DNA of 64,000 nt, from positions 124,001 to 188,000 of the IMG/VR virus record IMGVR_UViG_3300007513_000001; one strand, given 5' to 3'. The notes under the pieces were generated by a model. That model saw nothing but the letters and a program-made list of their open reading frames with translations, did not search any database and had not been told where the DNA came from. The translations under genes were made by a program, and so were the position numbers. The number at the start of each line of letters is the position of its first letter. Position 1 is the first letter of the stretch. Shown here one piece after another: positions 20,501-31,138 of this stretch.

Positions 20501-21025
20501 ATGTCAAGTACTATTTCTGACAAAGTTACAAACTTTATAAAAAATGCAGAAAATGATTTAACTAAATGCAATCAAGACCTAGCAAAATTATTAGATTCTA
20601 AAAGTCAGATTTCAAGTTTATGTAATTCTATTTCTTCTTATTTAACTAACGTTATTAATGGAGTAACTACAGTAGAGAACTTAGAAGATCAGGCAACGAT
20701 GCTGCTTAATTCTTTTGGCGAGCTTTTACAGTTTTCGCAAAAATATCCAGCAGAAATAAATGATAGCTTTAATATTTTGAACGCTAAAAAAGAAATTCAA
20801 ATAAAGAATCTACAGGATCTTAGCGTTCTTTTAGTAGAGATAAAAGAAGTAGAAAAGCATCAAAAAGAAATAATGGAGCAATTAGAGATTGGAAATTCCG
20901 GCTCTAACAAAACTAAAAAATCCCGTCGAAAACCAGGCCAGCGGCCGGAAAGTGTGAAAACTAAAAGATCTTCCTTGCCAAATGTTAAAGAAGAAGATGG
21001 AGAAATTGCTCTCGAAGATATTTAG
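20501..21025 (+). CDS. Hypothetical coiled-coil protein with basic C-terminal tail
   Basis: GGAG SD at 20492-20495 favours ATG 20501 over 20456; helical composition; tail contains KKSRRKPGQRPE. Confidence 0.6.
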   Translation: MSSTISDKVTNFIKNAENDLTKCNQDLAKLLDSKSQISSLCNSISSYLTNVINGVTTVENLEDQATMLLNSFGELLQFSQKYPAEINDSFNILNAKKEIQIKNLQDLSVLLVEIKEVEKHQKEIMEQLEIGNSGSNKTKKSRRKPGQRPESVKTKRSSLPNVKEEDGEIALEDI

Positions 21026-21043
21026 TCTAAGAAGGAACATATT

Positions 21044-22000
21044 ATGGCCGGCATATTAGACAACAAAACTCGAGTAATGGACGTTATAATCACTCCGCTC
21101 GGAAGATCTCAGATGGCTTCTGGTAGGATGAAAATTGAATATGCATCTTTTACAGACAGACAGATTATTTATGAATCTGGTTCTTCAGGAGCTCTTTTAG
21201 ATTTAACAGATAATCTCTATTTTGAAGCTTCTCATACTGAAAATGATCAAATAATTTATGAAATTGATCCCGACGGCAATCTTGCGCCATTTCAGTCTGG
21301 AGAGTATGTAATAAACGGGCAAGATGTTACATTTACGACTGGGTCTGCTCAGGGTGCAGCTTATACCGGATCAATTGATTTAATATCGGAAACTATTTGC
21401 AATAATGCTACAGATCATTTTAGGGCTCAAAGAATTATTGGCACCAGAGACCTCTTCAAAGAAGACAAAGGGGCAACATTTAAAATAAATCCAACTACTG
21501 CATCATTTTATGTCTCCGACGACGGTCCTTTAAACGAAGACGAAGATTTAACTAGTATTTCTCAAGATGATGTAGAATGTGTCTTTCAATCTTCTATGTT
21601 TTCTCACTTACCAAATTTTAAATATTTGCCCCCTATGTCTAAACCGCATCTCGACGCTCCGGACGGAGCAGTCTTAGCTGAATATACTCAAATTAACGGT
21701 GTGGGAACAACCGAGTGGTCTACTGTTGAAAGTTATCTCTCAAAATACGATTATCAAACTATAGACTTTGAAGAAACTTCTGGAGAAAATAATATACTGT
21801 GCCAAATTTTTGAAGAAATTTCTGATAGTAGCTCAGGTGGCACCTTGGAAAAACTTTCCGTAATAGATTATGGTACTTTTAATATAGAGTCAGACAGGTC
21901 AGCTCACGTATTTTTTGTGGGTAAGTTATTTAGAGATTCAGTAGGGTCTTTATGTTTCGCAAATTTGATGACTTTAGTATTTGACGATGAGGCAGACTAA
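21044..22000 (+). CDS. Putative baseplate/tail structural protein; N-terminus paralogous to 33005..33709
   Basis: N-terminus MAGILDNKTRVMDVIITPLGRSQMASG..KI...FTD..I.Y aligns with MGFLDHSTNNIIVDAVLTDIGRKKLAEG..SI....GD..V.Y. Confidence 0.55.
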   Translation: MAGILDNKTRVMDVIITPLGRSQMASGRMKIEYASFTDRQIIYESGSSGALLDLTDNLYFEASHTENDQIIYEIDPDGNLAPFQSGEYVINGQDVTFTTGSAQGAAYTGSIDLISETICNNATDHFRAQRIIGTRDLFKEDKGATFKINPTTASFYVSDDGPLNEDEDLTSISQDDVECVFQSSMFSHLPNFKYLPPMSKPHLDAPDGAVLAEYTQINGVGTTEWSTVESYLSKYDYQTIDFEETSGENNILCQIFEEISDSSSGGTLEKLSVIDYGTFNIESDRSAHVFFVGKLFRDSVGSLCFANLMTLVFDDEAD

Positions 22001-25000
22001 TGGGTGGATTCGGTGATTCGATACTTGACTCAGAGGGCGACGGGTCTTCTGGTACAGACAGCGATAGTGAAACTTTCACTCCAGAGACTCACGGTCGAAC
22101 TTTCGCTGAGCCCGGTGGGCCCACCTCGGGCCCCGGTGGGTACACTACTCCCGGGGGCACGACGGGCACCGATGAAGGAAGCTGTGTTATAGAGGGAACG
22201 CTAATTCAAACTCAAAGAGGCTCTATACCTGTTGAGTGGGTTGAGCTTGGAGATAAAGTATATTCTTATGATTTTGATTCTTGTAAATTCGGGTATTTCG
22301 AAGTCTTAGAAATTTTACTACCTGTTAAAAAAGCTTCATGGTTTAAAATAACTACGGCTCTTGGATATACTCTTAGTTGCACAGCTGATCACCCTATTTT
22401 TAGTACTAGCATAGAATCTGGTGAGCTTCCAGTGTCAGAAGCTGAAATAGGAGATCCAGTTTATGTTTTTCAAGATGGAGAAATTGTTAAAGATTTCTTA
22501 GTTTCAAAAGAAAAAATAATCGAAGAAACGATAGTATATAACTTTGAAATCGATATCGTTCATTCTTATTTTAGTGATGGCATCCTTTCCCACAACGCTG
22601 GCACCAAAGGCAGAACTGCAGAAGAAACTATGGAATCTGCCACTGACGCAGCTAGCGCTTCTAGTAAATCGACGTGGCTTGGCGAAGTCGCAGACACCAC
22701 TTCAACGTTCGTGTCGGCAGGGAGGGTCATGGGTGGCTACTATGCCATGGACGCAGCAGATGGCTCAGAGTTATCCACAACAATACCGACCGAAGTGGAC
22801 GGGTGGTCCGGCTCAAGCTATTATATTAATAGTGATGTCGGTCCCTGTATTACTGATATGAAAATAGATTTAGTCGGGACCGATGCAGATTCTGGCAGAA
22901 GTAATTACTTGATGACTCTAGAGTGCACCGCTTGGATAAGAGAGATAGATTTATACAACATTGGCGTTTCCACAGTAGTCGGCCAGCTTTGCAAAAGCTC
23001 TGGTGGAACCACAGCTGATTATTTTTCTTCTGTAGATCCATCTTCTGCCGATGTTATATTTTCGACAATGTCTACGGGTGGACCAGGTCAAGAATTCGTA
23101 GACGAAATTGAAGAAACAGATTATTCTGTAGTTGAAGTATGCAGCGATTGGCCATCTGATCCAGGTATAGTGTTCGGTGACAATATTTCTCTCGATTCGA
23201 GCCACCGTCTTTCGCTTGAATACAACCAAAGAGATACTGCCACTAACGTATTGTTGGAAGCAAGCGCTCTTTTAGAGAGAAGCGGTGACTCTACACCTAC
23301 GCTGATCAATTCTCTTATGGAATTCAATATAGATCCAGCCCTGATAGGCACACTTCAATCTCCAATAGAGACTTGGGAACAATATTATGCAGGGACCCTT
23401 TCGCCGTCCGGCCTGTATACAGTCGAAGGACATGAGTATAGAACACAATATCGATTGTTATATGAGTACCAAGATAGTTTAACTGAGGTTAGCAGCCCCG
23501 TGGCCGCAGGTATTCGTAGTACTTCGCTAAACTTAGCGTATACTCCAATGAAGTTTTATTTTGTTGGATCTATGAGTGACACTCAATTTGAAGATTTCGC
23601 TAGTGACGATTTATTTCTTCGACTTACGTATGTTGCTAGTCCAATGGGTACTTTTACTGAAGCTGATTTAACTTCAGATTTAAAACAAGGGGCCACTAGC
23701 GTTTCATTAGACATACAGGCCGCAGCTAGGGGATATTTTGCTAGAGATTTTGAAACAGTTAACATTAGCGTAGATTCAGCAAACGCTGAAAGACCTTATG
23801 ATATTATTGAATTAGTAAATCCGAATCCGTTTTATGTAAATTGCACAGTAGAAGAAATATCTTATCTTCCGTCCTATGAAAGAACAGCTCAAACTGTGAA
23901 AATGGAACCACTTTCTACCACTTCGATCCATTCACTCAATAATTATCAATTAACTGACACTAGATTTTATAGGTGTGCAGCAACAAGCGCTTTAGATACA
24001 GAGATACAAGTTTACGACGCTGCTGAGTTCAACTCTTGGACCAGGTCAGTATGTATAGCGAGAGCGGATGTATCTATAGACTCTAATGGAGATACTTGGT
24101 TTATTAATTTGCCATCATCATGCACTAAAATAAAGTGGGTAGCTTTTGAAAAGGGAAAAGAAGGAGCTACCGGAATTGAAAAATCGGTACCCTCTCAAAA
24201 TACGATTTATAAAGGGACTATATCTGTTACTACTGAAGAACAAATATCATCATCGTTCACGCGGCGACTCGATATAGGATATGGTAACGGCGCAACTTAT
24301 ACTGTCGAATTTATTTTTCAAGATTCGGATGGTACTATGTTGGGATATTGGGATGCTGCGTATACTACTGCGAGAACTTTTATGGACGCACCAGTGCAGC
24401 CGATTTCTTTTGCGGTAGTGTACGATGCAGATGAGTCGACTGGCTCTGTTAGCATCACCATAGCCGAAGCGATATCTTCTAATTTAACAAGCGAATATAT
24501 GACCGCAGCTACATTTGGAAGCTCTGGTGGAGCGTGGCAGTCAGAAGTAGAATCGATAAAAAATAATGCTGGTATGGTTACAACTTATACAATAACACGC
24601 CAAGATTGTATTACTGGCGAAGAAGAAGTTTTGTCGTCAAATGCCATTGCGGGAGCTACGACTTCATATTCTATTAATAGCGGTGGAGAGTCTAGTAGAA
24701 AAGTAAAATTTAAAGTTGCTCTAAAAGTTGCTTCGTTAGCCGCAGCTTCTGAACAAACAGCAGTCACAACAAAAGAAACAAGGAGTGGAGTAGGAGACGT
24801 GCAATTTGCTTATTTAGCTCAAGAATTAAACTGGCCGCAACTTTTCTACGGCGCAGCTAATCCTGGCCAAGTGTATGGTTTAACAGATTATTTTGAGCAA
24901 CTTTATACGCAAAAAGAAGTTTATTTCACCATAGACCCTAGAGGAGAACTTTCTACCCCGTATGTTATTTCTGTAGATGTAGAAAGAAGCCTAATAGCGC

Positions 25001-25332
25001 AAGCTAATATTGTTACTGTTACGGTTGGTGGAACTTTAGATGAAATAGATCATATTATTTTATATTTGGATCACAATGGTGTTGTCGCTCCTTATAAAGT
25101 CGGCTCGCCGCTGAATTCTAAAGTAGTGTTTGTAGATAAAGACCACTACGATTCGATTGGATACCTATATTATAGGGCCTCTATTTTCTTTGGCACAGAT
25201 AAAACTTATACTCCGGCGAGCGACAGTCCCGCGGGACAAATATTTAGATATAGCGATATCGACTTAAATACAGCTTCCGATGGAATTTGGGGAAGTACAG
25301 ATACCATAGAATCGCTAGAAGGAACGGGGTGA
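22000..25332 (+). CDS. Acidic structural protein (1110 aa) with an N-proximal Hint (intein-like) domain
   Basis: Hint blocks CVIEGTLI (A), SCTADHPIF (B) and VYNFEIDIVHSYFSDGILSHN (F/G). Confidence 0.75.
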   Translation: MGGFGDSILDSEGDGSSGTDSDSETFTPETHGRTFAEPGGPTSGPGGYTTPGGTTGTDEGSCVIEGTLIQTQRGSIPVEWVELGDKVYSYDFDSCKFGYFEVLEILLPVKKASWFKITTALGYTLSCTADHPIFSTSIESGELPVSEAEIGDPVYVFQDGEIVKDFLVSKEKIIEETIVYNFEIDIVHSYFSDGILSHNAGTKGRTAEETMESATDAASASSKSTWLGEVADTTSTFVSAGRVMGGYYAMDAADGSELSTTIPTEVDGWSGSSYYINSDVGPCITDMKIDLVGTDADSGRSNYLMTLECTAWIREIDLYNIGVSTVVGQLCKSSGGTTADYFSSVDPSSADVIFSTMSTGGPGQEFVDEIEETDYSVVEVCSDWPSDPGIVFGDNISLDSSHRLSLEYNQRDTATNVLLEASALLERSGDSTPTLINSLMEFNIDPALIGTLQSPIETWEQYYAGTLSPSGLYTVEGHEYRTQYRLLYEYQDSLTEVSSPVAAGIRSTSLNLAYTPMKFYFVGSMSDTQFEDFASDDLFLRLTYVASPMGTFTEADLTSDLKQGATSVSLDIQAAARGYFARDFETVNISVDSANAERPYDIIELVNPNPFYVNCTVEEISYLPSYERTAQTVKMEPLSTTSIHSLNNYQLTDTRFYRCAATSALDTEIQVYDAAEFNSWTRSVCIARADVSIDSNGDTWFINLPSSCTKIKWVAFEKGKEGATGIEKSVPSQNTIYKGTISVTTEEQISSSFTRRLDIGYGNGATYTVEFIFQDSDGTMLGYWDAAYTTARTFMDAPVQPISFAVVYDADESTGSVSITIAEAISSNLTSEYMTAATFGSSGGAWQSEVESIKNNAGMVTTYTITRQDCITGEEEVLSSNAIAGATTSYSINSGGESSRKVKFKVALKVASLAAASEQTAVTTKETRSGVGDVQFAYLAQELNWPQLFYGAANPGQVYGLTDYFEQLYTQKEVYFTIDPRGELSTPYVISVDVERSLIAQANIVTVTVGGTLDEIDHIILYLDHNGVVAPYKVGSPLNSKVVFVDKDHYDSIGYLYYRASIFFGTDKTYTPASDSPAGQIFRYSDIDLNTASDGIWGSTDTIESLEGTG
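22183..22596 (+). other. Hint / bacterial intein-like (BIL or PT-HINT type) autoprocessing domain, 138 aa, no homing endonuclease
   Basis: Starts at Cys62 (TGT 22183), has the TxxH motif, ends His-Asn (22591-22596); the +1 residue is Ala. Confidence 0.85.
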
Positions 25333-25336
25333 ATAA

Positions 25337-28300
25337 ATGTCTGGCACTAATGACTCTACTAATTTTAATTTATGGACTACAGATAATCTAAGCACTACTA
25401 GCGGAGAATCTGCAGTTGATATTTCAGCTTCTAGCGTTGCTTTGGATTCATCAGTCAGTGATATTCCAAGTACGACTAATTCTTCTTCTGGGCTGTCTAC
25501 TACATCTGCAACGATTGATAATGCGGGCACAAATAGAATGCTGACTGAAGTGTTACTTAATCCATTACGCCCAGAGCTTTTAGCAATTTTAGACCTAAAG
25601 TCTTTTAAAGAGTCATCTGATGGTGGCCTGACTCGCACCGATAGTTCTTTTTATGATTACGCCGTAGCAAAACTTGCAGTAAGAGCGTCTGATGCATCGA
25701 CAGTTGCAGAAACTATAGAAAGTCTTTCTACTAGTTATCCAGATGAATTTAGGTCTGCGCTGGCGCAATATGAAACTTCACTTTCTTCTTCTTCTAGCGA
25801 AATAGAGATGCTTAAGCTAGCGTATATGCTAAAACAATATGCTATTTTAGGACCAAATTTTCGTGATTTTTTAGAGATCTTTGATTTCGAAGGTTCAACT
25901 AGCGTAGACCTTGGTCTTGTCACAGATGACGAATACAACGTTTATGATTATTATAGAAAAGTTTTTGGAATTCGAGAGGATGACGATATTTACGTTCCTA
26001 GTAGTACGTTTTTTGCTGAAGCAATTCAACAAACTGCTTTTATGACAGTTATTGGTGCCCCCTATACTATCATGGGCTTTGATCTCAAATCATATGATTC
26101 CGATCTCCGCCCCACAATGTCCCGCAGTTATGTCGGGTGGTCTAATAATTTTGCACTTCCTGAATCTTCAGGCCCCGGCAAATATAACGTTTTCCGCCGC
26201 GGCGGACGATCTACGGAGATGGGTAATATCTCAACCATGCGCCGCGGCGGAAATAGGGGATATTTAGATGCTGAGCGGGCTGTCAGAATAAGAGTTGCCG
26301 TATACAATTCTTTAGATGGTGAATCAGAAAACGCATATCAATCTAAGCATTATCCGCACACTCAAGTATTTTCTTCTATATTGGGAAATAATTTAAACTC
26401 AAGCTATGTAGTAAAACAATGCCAAAAAACCGATGGAGCTTTTGACACTGTTTTGTGGAGCATATTAAAAAAGAAAGCGGGCGCGATCGTTAACACTTCT
26501 TTTTCTACACCTGGAGCGTCAATTTTTAAAAGCTTGGCTGGTTGGGATCCATATTTACAGACACGCTTTAATTCTTCAAAACTGGAAGATGATTCGTTGA
26601 TTAATAGACAGTTTTTACCTGATTTGACCATGTTCGAAAATGGAATTATGGGAGCTGCTTTTGAAGAAAATGAATGCTATGTAGAAAAATGTAAGGTTCA
26701 ATACACAAGCGACACAGGAGACACTGTAGAAACTTCTTCTATCAGAAAAACAATCAATGAAGCTTTTGGTAGTGTAGACGGATCAATATCTTTTGGTGAT
26801 TATGAATCGATTGCAAATAACTTGAGTTCTGCTTGCAAGGATTTTGGCAAAGCGATGGGAAAAATGCATCGATCTGGTAAATACCAAAACTTAAACAAAG
26901 CAGAACAAAATGCTCCTATGAATAAGGGTATTTTTAAAAATTATCCACAGACAGCTTTTGACCCAGGCTCTGTATTTAGCGCGTGTCTTGAGACATTCAA
27001 AGAGAGATTTGCAGAAAATTTTGAAGAATATTATCTTTGGTATGGATTTCAGTTAGATCCAACAATCCCAGACGCATCCACTTCATGGCCCAGGGGAATG
27101 CACGCCACAAGCACTGAAAACATGCTTGGCATGTTCAGTCAACCAGATCCACATCATATTAAAAGGTTTGCTTCTTTGATGGCGTACGGAATAATAAATT
27201 CTGATGACCAAGTAGGAAACAATAACGCAAGATGTTTCGGCCTCGCTATAGCTAAACAAATAGCGGGAGCTTTTGTTGGAGACTTTTATAAAGGCCACTT
27301 AACATTCAGCAACGAAACTGAGGAAGTTGTAGAATTTGAAACCGTTACGTCTACAGATAGCGAAGGGAATCCAACCACAAGCGTACAAGAAACTAAATTC
27401 ATGGCAAAAGTGAACGCCAATCCACTCACTGGCGCGCCAGCGTCGTTAAGAGGCTCATCAAGCGGGGTTTGGGGTGTTTTAGTTCCTCCTAAAGATTTAG
27501 TCGCTTCAGATGGGTCGATAATGAAAAATGTTGCAGATATGAATGTAGACACCGATAAGGCGACAGTCAGCTCAGATTATTTAGCTATCTATCAAAGATC
27601 TGCACACGGTAATGGTTTCATAGCAGATAATGCTTTTGCTGGTGAATCGCTGGGCGGAACCAATTTTTCCGATATGCAGCTGTCTGGCTGGATGCAGTGG
27701 GCCCCATGGTTTAATCCAGAAGCAGATAATATATACGGTGGCGGAGCTCACTTTTTTACCAAACAGTTCTGCTCTTTACGCTCAGCCGGAGGGGGCGGCC
27801 AAGCCTATCTCAAGGATAAGTTCGATGAGCTCTTAGAGTCTTCTTATCAAGAAGCAGAAATCTCTTGGGGCGCTGACACCCTCCACGCGAGCGGTAAGAC
27901 TTTTACTCCCAAGGACTCTCTTTTTGAAGCTTGCAACATGTGGAAATATTCTTGGCATTGGGCGAAAGATTTCCACGAAGAGTCAGATGTTCCTTACATT
28001 CCACTTTTGGCAAATTTATGGGCTGCTGAAATGATAGAGATGTGTTTATTGACTTTTAGAAAAATTTTAAAAACAAGAGGACATAATATTGGACCAGCAA
28101 GCCCAGCTGATCTTTGTTTTCCATTCGAAGCTAATACAGCTCCATATACAGACTCGGGTGGATATGCAGATATAATAATGGACAACTTAGAACGAGTTGG
28201 CGAAACGGATTGTGAAGATTTTCCAGCCAGCGAGTGTTTCTGGCAGGCTGAGGCGCACGATCAAGATTATTCTACTGGGATTGGGTTTAGATACTGGGTA

Positions 28301-31138
28301 CCAACAATGAGATCTATCCACGAGAACTTTTGTAATGATGATGGTACTTTAGCTGCTACTGGAAAACCATTAGCAGAAATATTCGGCCATATTATTGATA
28401 ATATGGCAATGATAATGAAGCAGACTTATCCATTTTTTCATGTTGCTTATATACAATGGGAAGGGGTTGGTACCTCAAATGCCTATACGCGTTTTCCAAT
28501 ACTCGGAAATTATCACAACATGGTAGACGGAGATGCTGTTGCATCTGGAGAAACTCGAGAAAAAGTCGGCGCGCCCGTTTATCCCAGGATGCTGTACCCC
28601 TATTACAATTCCCACCACGATGATGCACTCGACAATGACAAGTTGTTGAAATACACTGACCACCTCGTTGAGCAATGGATTGAAATGAACCTGAGACAGA
28701 ACGACGATACCGCGACACATCTTGCAGTCGATATGCAAAATGTGACAACTAGCTGGTATGGTATGGAACAGACTGACTCGAATAAGATAGGCGAGGGCGT
28801 GGGTACCGCCATCAGCGGCGAACGAAGCCGTACGGGTGACACGATTAGATCAAATTTTGTTGGCGAAGAGGTTATATGGAACCGCGTTACTTTTCCAGAA
28901 ATTCTTGAAGCCGATGATATTATTTATTGGGATTCTACTTCGAATCACGACGACCAGGATATTTCATTAATAGATTTTTCTGTGCTTTTTGCCTTGACAG
29001 GAAACACGAGTTTAGATTCATTCGCGGATTCGGAAGTAAACGATCTCACAGACTTCACCGGAAGAGCTAGGTGGATAAAGGGAGGCTATTATAATAGCGA
29101 CGACGAAAACGTCGATGCATGGGGAGACATCATCTCATCTGGAGATACCGGTATGACGCCTCGCGCTTTTTGGGTGCCATGGTATATAGCTGCGATTCCC
29201 ACTATTATTGAAAAGCTACTAGAGTTAGAAATAACTCCTGCTGATACTGGTGCGCTCTCTTATACTTCATCTGATAGTGTTCTACAACGAATGATGGGTG
29301 GATTGGTTGAAAACAGTTCGGGGATATATAGTTTTGGAGATGACGGGATATTATTGGGTGTAGCCCCAATGTTATCTTTAACAGGCTACACCCCTTATTT
29401 AAACTCTGGAGGCACCGGGCCGACCGGTTATGCTGGCGTCGGTGGCCTGGGTCAAACAGGTAATGGGGGTGATGCTCGATTTGGTGGCACAGTCACCAAC
29501 GGCCATCTCCGATACATAAATAATTATATAAATAAGCTTTGGAGAGGTTTGATTTTATCCTGTAGAGAACCATATTTTAAAGCTATAGCTTTTAATTTGT
29601 TTGATAAGTTCGGCGAAAGAATCGAAGATTATTCTGGCACCGCTATTAAAGCTTTTAACAGAGACGGCGATGCGAAGAACCTCGAGCCGGTGGTTGAATA
29701 TATTAGTGATCTTATAGAGTCAGGCGAAGCTGGTGCCGATATATTGCAGAATTTAACAGATCAGCAGATGGCTTTGAAATATTTATCTTTTTATCGTCAG
29801 AAAGGAGATAGCAGCAGTGGATTGATACCAGCACAAGAGACCATAGACTCTAAATTAATGGCGGCAATTAATTTAATGTTTGACACCCGTGATATGTCAA
29901 AAGAGGGTTTGAGAACGTTGTGTTTTGGTATACCTGCTACCGGCGTAGAAGAGTTTGATGATTCCTCAAGTGCTAGTAATACCCTGGGTGGCTCTAGATA
30001 TATCCCACAAAACATGTGGATAGGAATTACAGGTTACAATTTTGAATACCCTCAAGTGTCACTAGAGCCCATTTGCATACCTTTTAATGCCAATTTGTTC
30101 GTTGTTACTGAAAGTTTTGAAGACTTAACTATTGAAGATATATTGTCTTATGGATCGATTAGCGATATAAGAGATAATATGAAATTCTTAAAAGCAGAAT
30201 TAAGCGTACAAGAAGGCGAAGGGGAATCGACTCAAATAATAGTGAATGATGACGTTAGGATTGCTACTTTATCTGATTTGTATGGAGATGATTTAAATGA
30301 TAGAATTCTTGTATCAGCATACCATATTCTAAGAAGCTATTTGTTAGAAAATTATTATAGGATAGTTTTAGGTGTCAGCATAAATGAAGACACATTCCCA
30401 AGCACCTCAGAAGAACTTGGTCTAGGAATTAATGATTATGCTTCTAATTTTGCTGAAGCTCTTTCATCTGAATTTTCATCCTACAATTCTGGAGTTTCAT
30501 CGGCAGTTTCTCAAGTGATGAGCTCATTATCAACTTCAGTTTCAAATTACAATACAATCGCTTCTGGATTTAGCACAACGTTGGGAGCAACTAGATTTGA
30601 AGATCTTTCAGATGAAATTTTAGATTCTGCCACTAATGCTGTGGGGTCAAGATTATATACTGCGGAATCTATGCGGCAGCAAATTATCGGAGCTAAGAGA
30701 TTTGATAGAGTTATATTTTTCCCATTTCATCCAGACGATTTTTGCGTACGCTGGGAAAACTCAGTGGGCACAACTGCGGGATCTCCAGCATGGGATGATA
30801 TGGTGCCTTATACTACTGGTGATGATGTCAGAGAATTGATAGGCTACCGCTTCACTGGCGAAACCGAGACCGCCGTCACTTTAGACGATGAGGGCTGGAT
30901 TTTAACTACCGGAGTAGAAGAAGCTGCAGACGGTGATGACACTGTACAAGAAAGTGATTATAATAATCTTTATGATAATATGCTCTTCAGCTACTCCGGT
31001 CTCGTGGAATACAGTTCCTGGGGCACTGTGATTGACACAGGGATAAAATTTAAAGCTCGTGACGGTGAAAATAGTATTAATTTCTTTAGAGCTTCCGTAA
31101 TTATATACGACGGAAATACGTTGGGAGACGATGCATAA
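25337..31138 (+). CDS. Giant acidic hypothetical protein (1933 aa), probably virion-associated
   Basis: Long ORF coupled to its neighbours in the structural cluster; no catalytic motif recognised. Confidence 0.55.
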   Translation: MSGTNDSTNFNLWTTDNLSTTSGESAVDISASSVALDSSVSDIPSTTNSSSGLSTTSATIDNAGTNRMLTEVLLNPLRPELLAILDLKSFKESSDGGLTRTDSSFYDYAVAKLAVRASDASTVAETIESLSTSYPDEFRSALAQYETSLSSSSSEIEMLKLAYMLKQYAILGPNFRDFLEIFDFEGSTSVDLGLVTDDEYNVYDYYRKVFGIREDDDIYVPSSTFFAEAIQQTAFMTVIGAPYTIMGFDLKSYDSDLRPTMSRSYVGWSNNFALPESSGPGKYNVFRRGGRSTEMGNISTMRRGGNRGYLDAERAVRIRVAVYNSLDGESENAYQSKHYPHTQVFSSILGNNLNSSYVVKQCQKTDGAFDTVLWSILKKKAGAIVNTSFSTPGASIFKSLAGWDPYLQTRFNSSKLEDDSLINRQFLPDLTMFENGIMGAAFEENECYVEKCKVQYTSDTGDTVETSSIRKTINEAFGSVDGSISFGDYESIANNLSSACKDFGKAMGKMHRSGKYQNLNKAEQNAPMNKGIFKNYPQTAFDPGSVFSACLETFKERFAENFEEYYLWYGFQLDPTIPDASTSWPRGMHATSTENMLGMFSQPDPHHIKRFASLMAYGIINSDDQVGNNNARCFGLAIAKQIAGAFVGDFYKGHLTFSNETEEVVEFETVTSTDSEGNPTTSVQETKFMAKVNANPLTGAPASLRGSSSGVWGVLVPPKDLVASDGSIMKNVADMNVDTDKATVSSDYLAIYQRSAHGNGFIADNAFAGESLGGTNFSDMQLSGWMQWAPWFNPEADNIYGGGAHFFTKQFCSLRSAGGGGQAYLKDKFDELLESSYQEAEISWGADTLHASGKTFTPKDSLFEACNMWKYSWHWAKDFHEESDVPYIPLLANLWAAEMIEMCLLTFRKILKTRGHNIGPASPADLCFPFEANTAPYTDSGGYADIIMDNLERVGETDCEDFPASECFWQAEAHDQDYSTGIGFRYWVPTMRSIHENFCNDDGTLAATGKPLAEIFGHIIDNMAMIMKQTYPFFHVAYIQWEGVGTSNAYTRFPILGNYHNMVDGDAVASGETREKVGAPVYPRMLYPYYNSHHDDALDNDKLLKYTDHLVEQWIEMNLRQNDDTATHLAVDMQNVTTSWYGMEQTDSNKIGEGVGTAISGERSRTGDTIRSNFVGEEVIWNRVTFPEILEADDIIYWDSTSNHDDQDISLIDFSVLFALTGNTSLDSFADSEVNDLTDFTGRARWIKGGYYNSDDENVDAWGDIISSGDTGMTPRAFWVPWYIAAIPTIIEKLLELEITPADTGALSYTSSDSVLQRMMGGLVENSSGIYSFGDDGILLGVAPMLSLTGYTPYLNSGGTGPTGYAGVGGLGQTGNGGDARFGGTVTNGHLRYINNYINKLWRGLILSCREPYFKAIAFNLFDKFGERIEDYSGTAIKAFNRDGDAKNLEPVVEYISDLIESGEAGADILQNLTDQQMALKYLSFYRQKGDSSSGLIPAQETIDSKLMAAINLMFDTRDMSKEGLRTLCFGIPATGVEEFDDSSSASNTLGGSRYIPQNMWIGITGYNFEYPQVSLEPICIPFNANLFVVTESFEDLTIEDILSYGSISDIRDNMKFLKAELSVQEGEGESTQIIVNDDVRIATLSDLYGDDLNDRILVSAYHILRSYLLENYYRIVLGVSINEDTFPSTSEELGLGINDYASNFAEALSSEFSSYNSGVSSAVSQVMSSLSTSVSNYNTIASGFSTTLGATRFEDLSDEILDSATNAVGSRLYTAESMRQQIIGAKRFDRVIFFPFHPDDFCVRWENSVGTTAGSPAWDDMVPYTTGDDVRELIGYRFTGETETAVTLDDEGWILTTGVEEAADGDDTVQESDYNNLYDNMLFSYSGLVEYSSWGTVIDTGIKFKARDGENSINFFRASVIIYDGNTLGDDA

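Noticed and set aside
22183-22596. Canonical mobile intein
   Set aside because: The +1 residue is Ala rather than Cys/Ser/Thr, there is no homing endonuclease, and it sits in a low-complexity region rather than a conserved enzyme motif.
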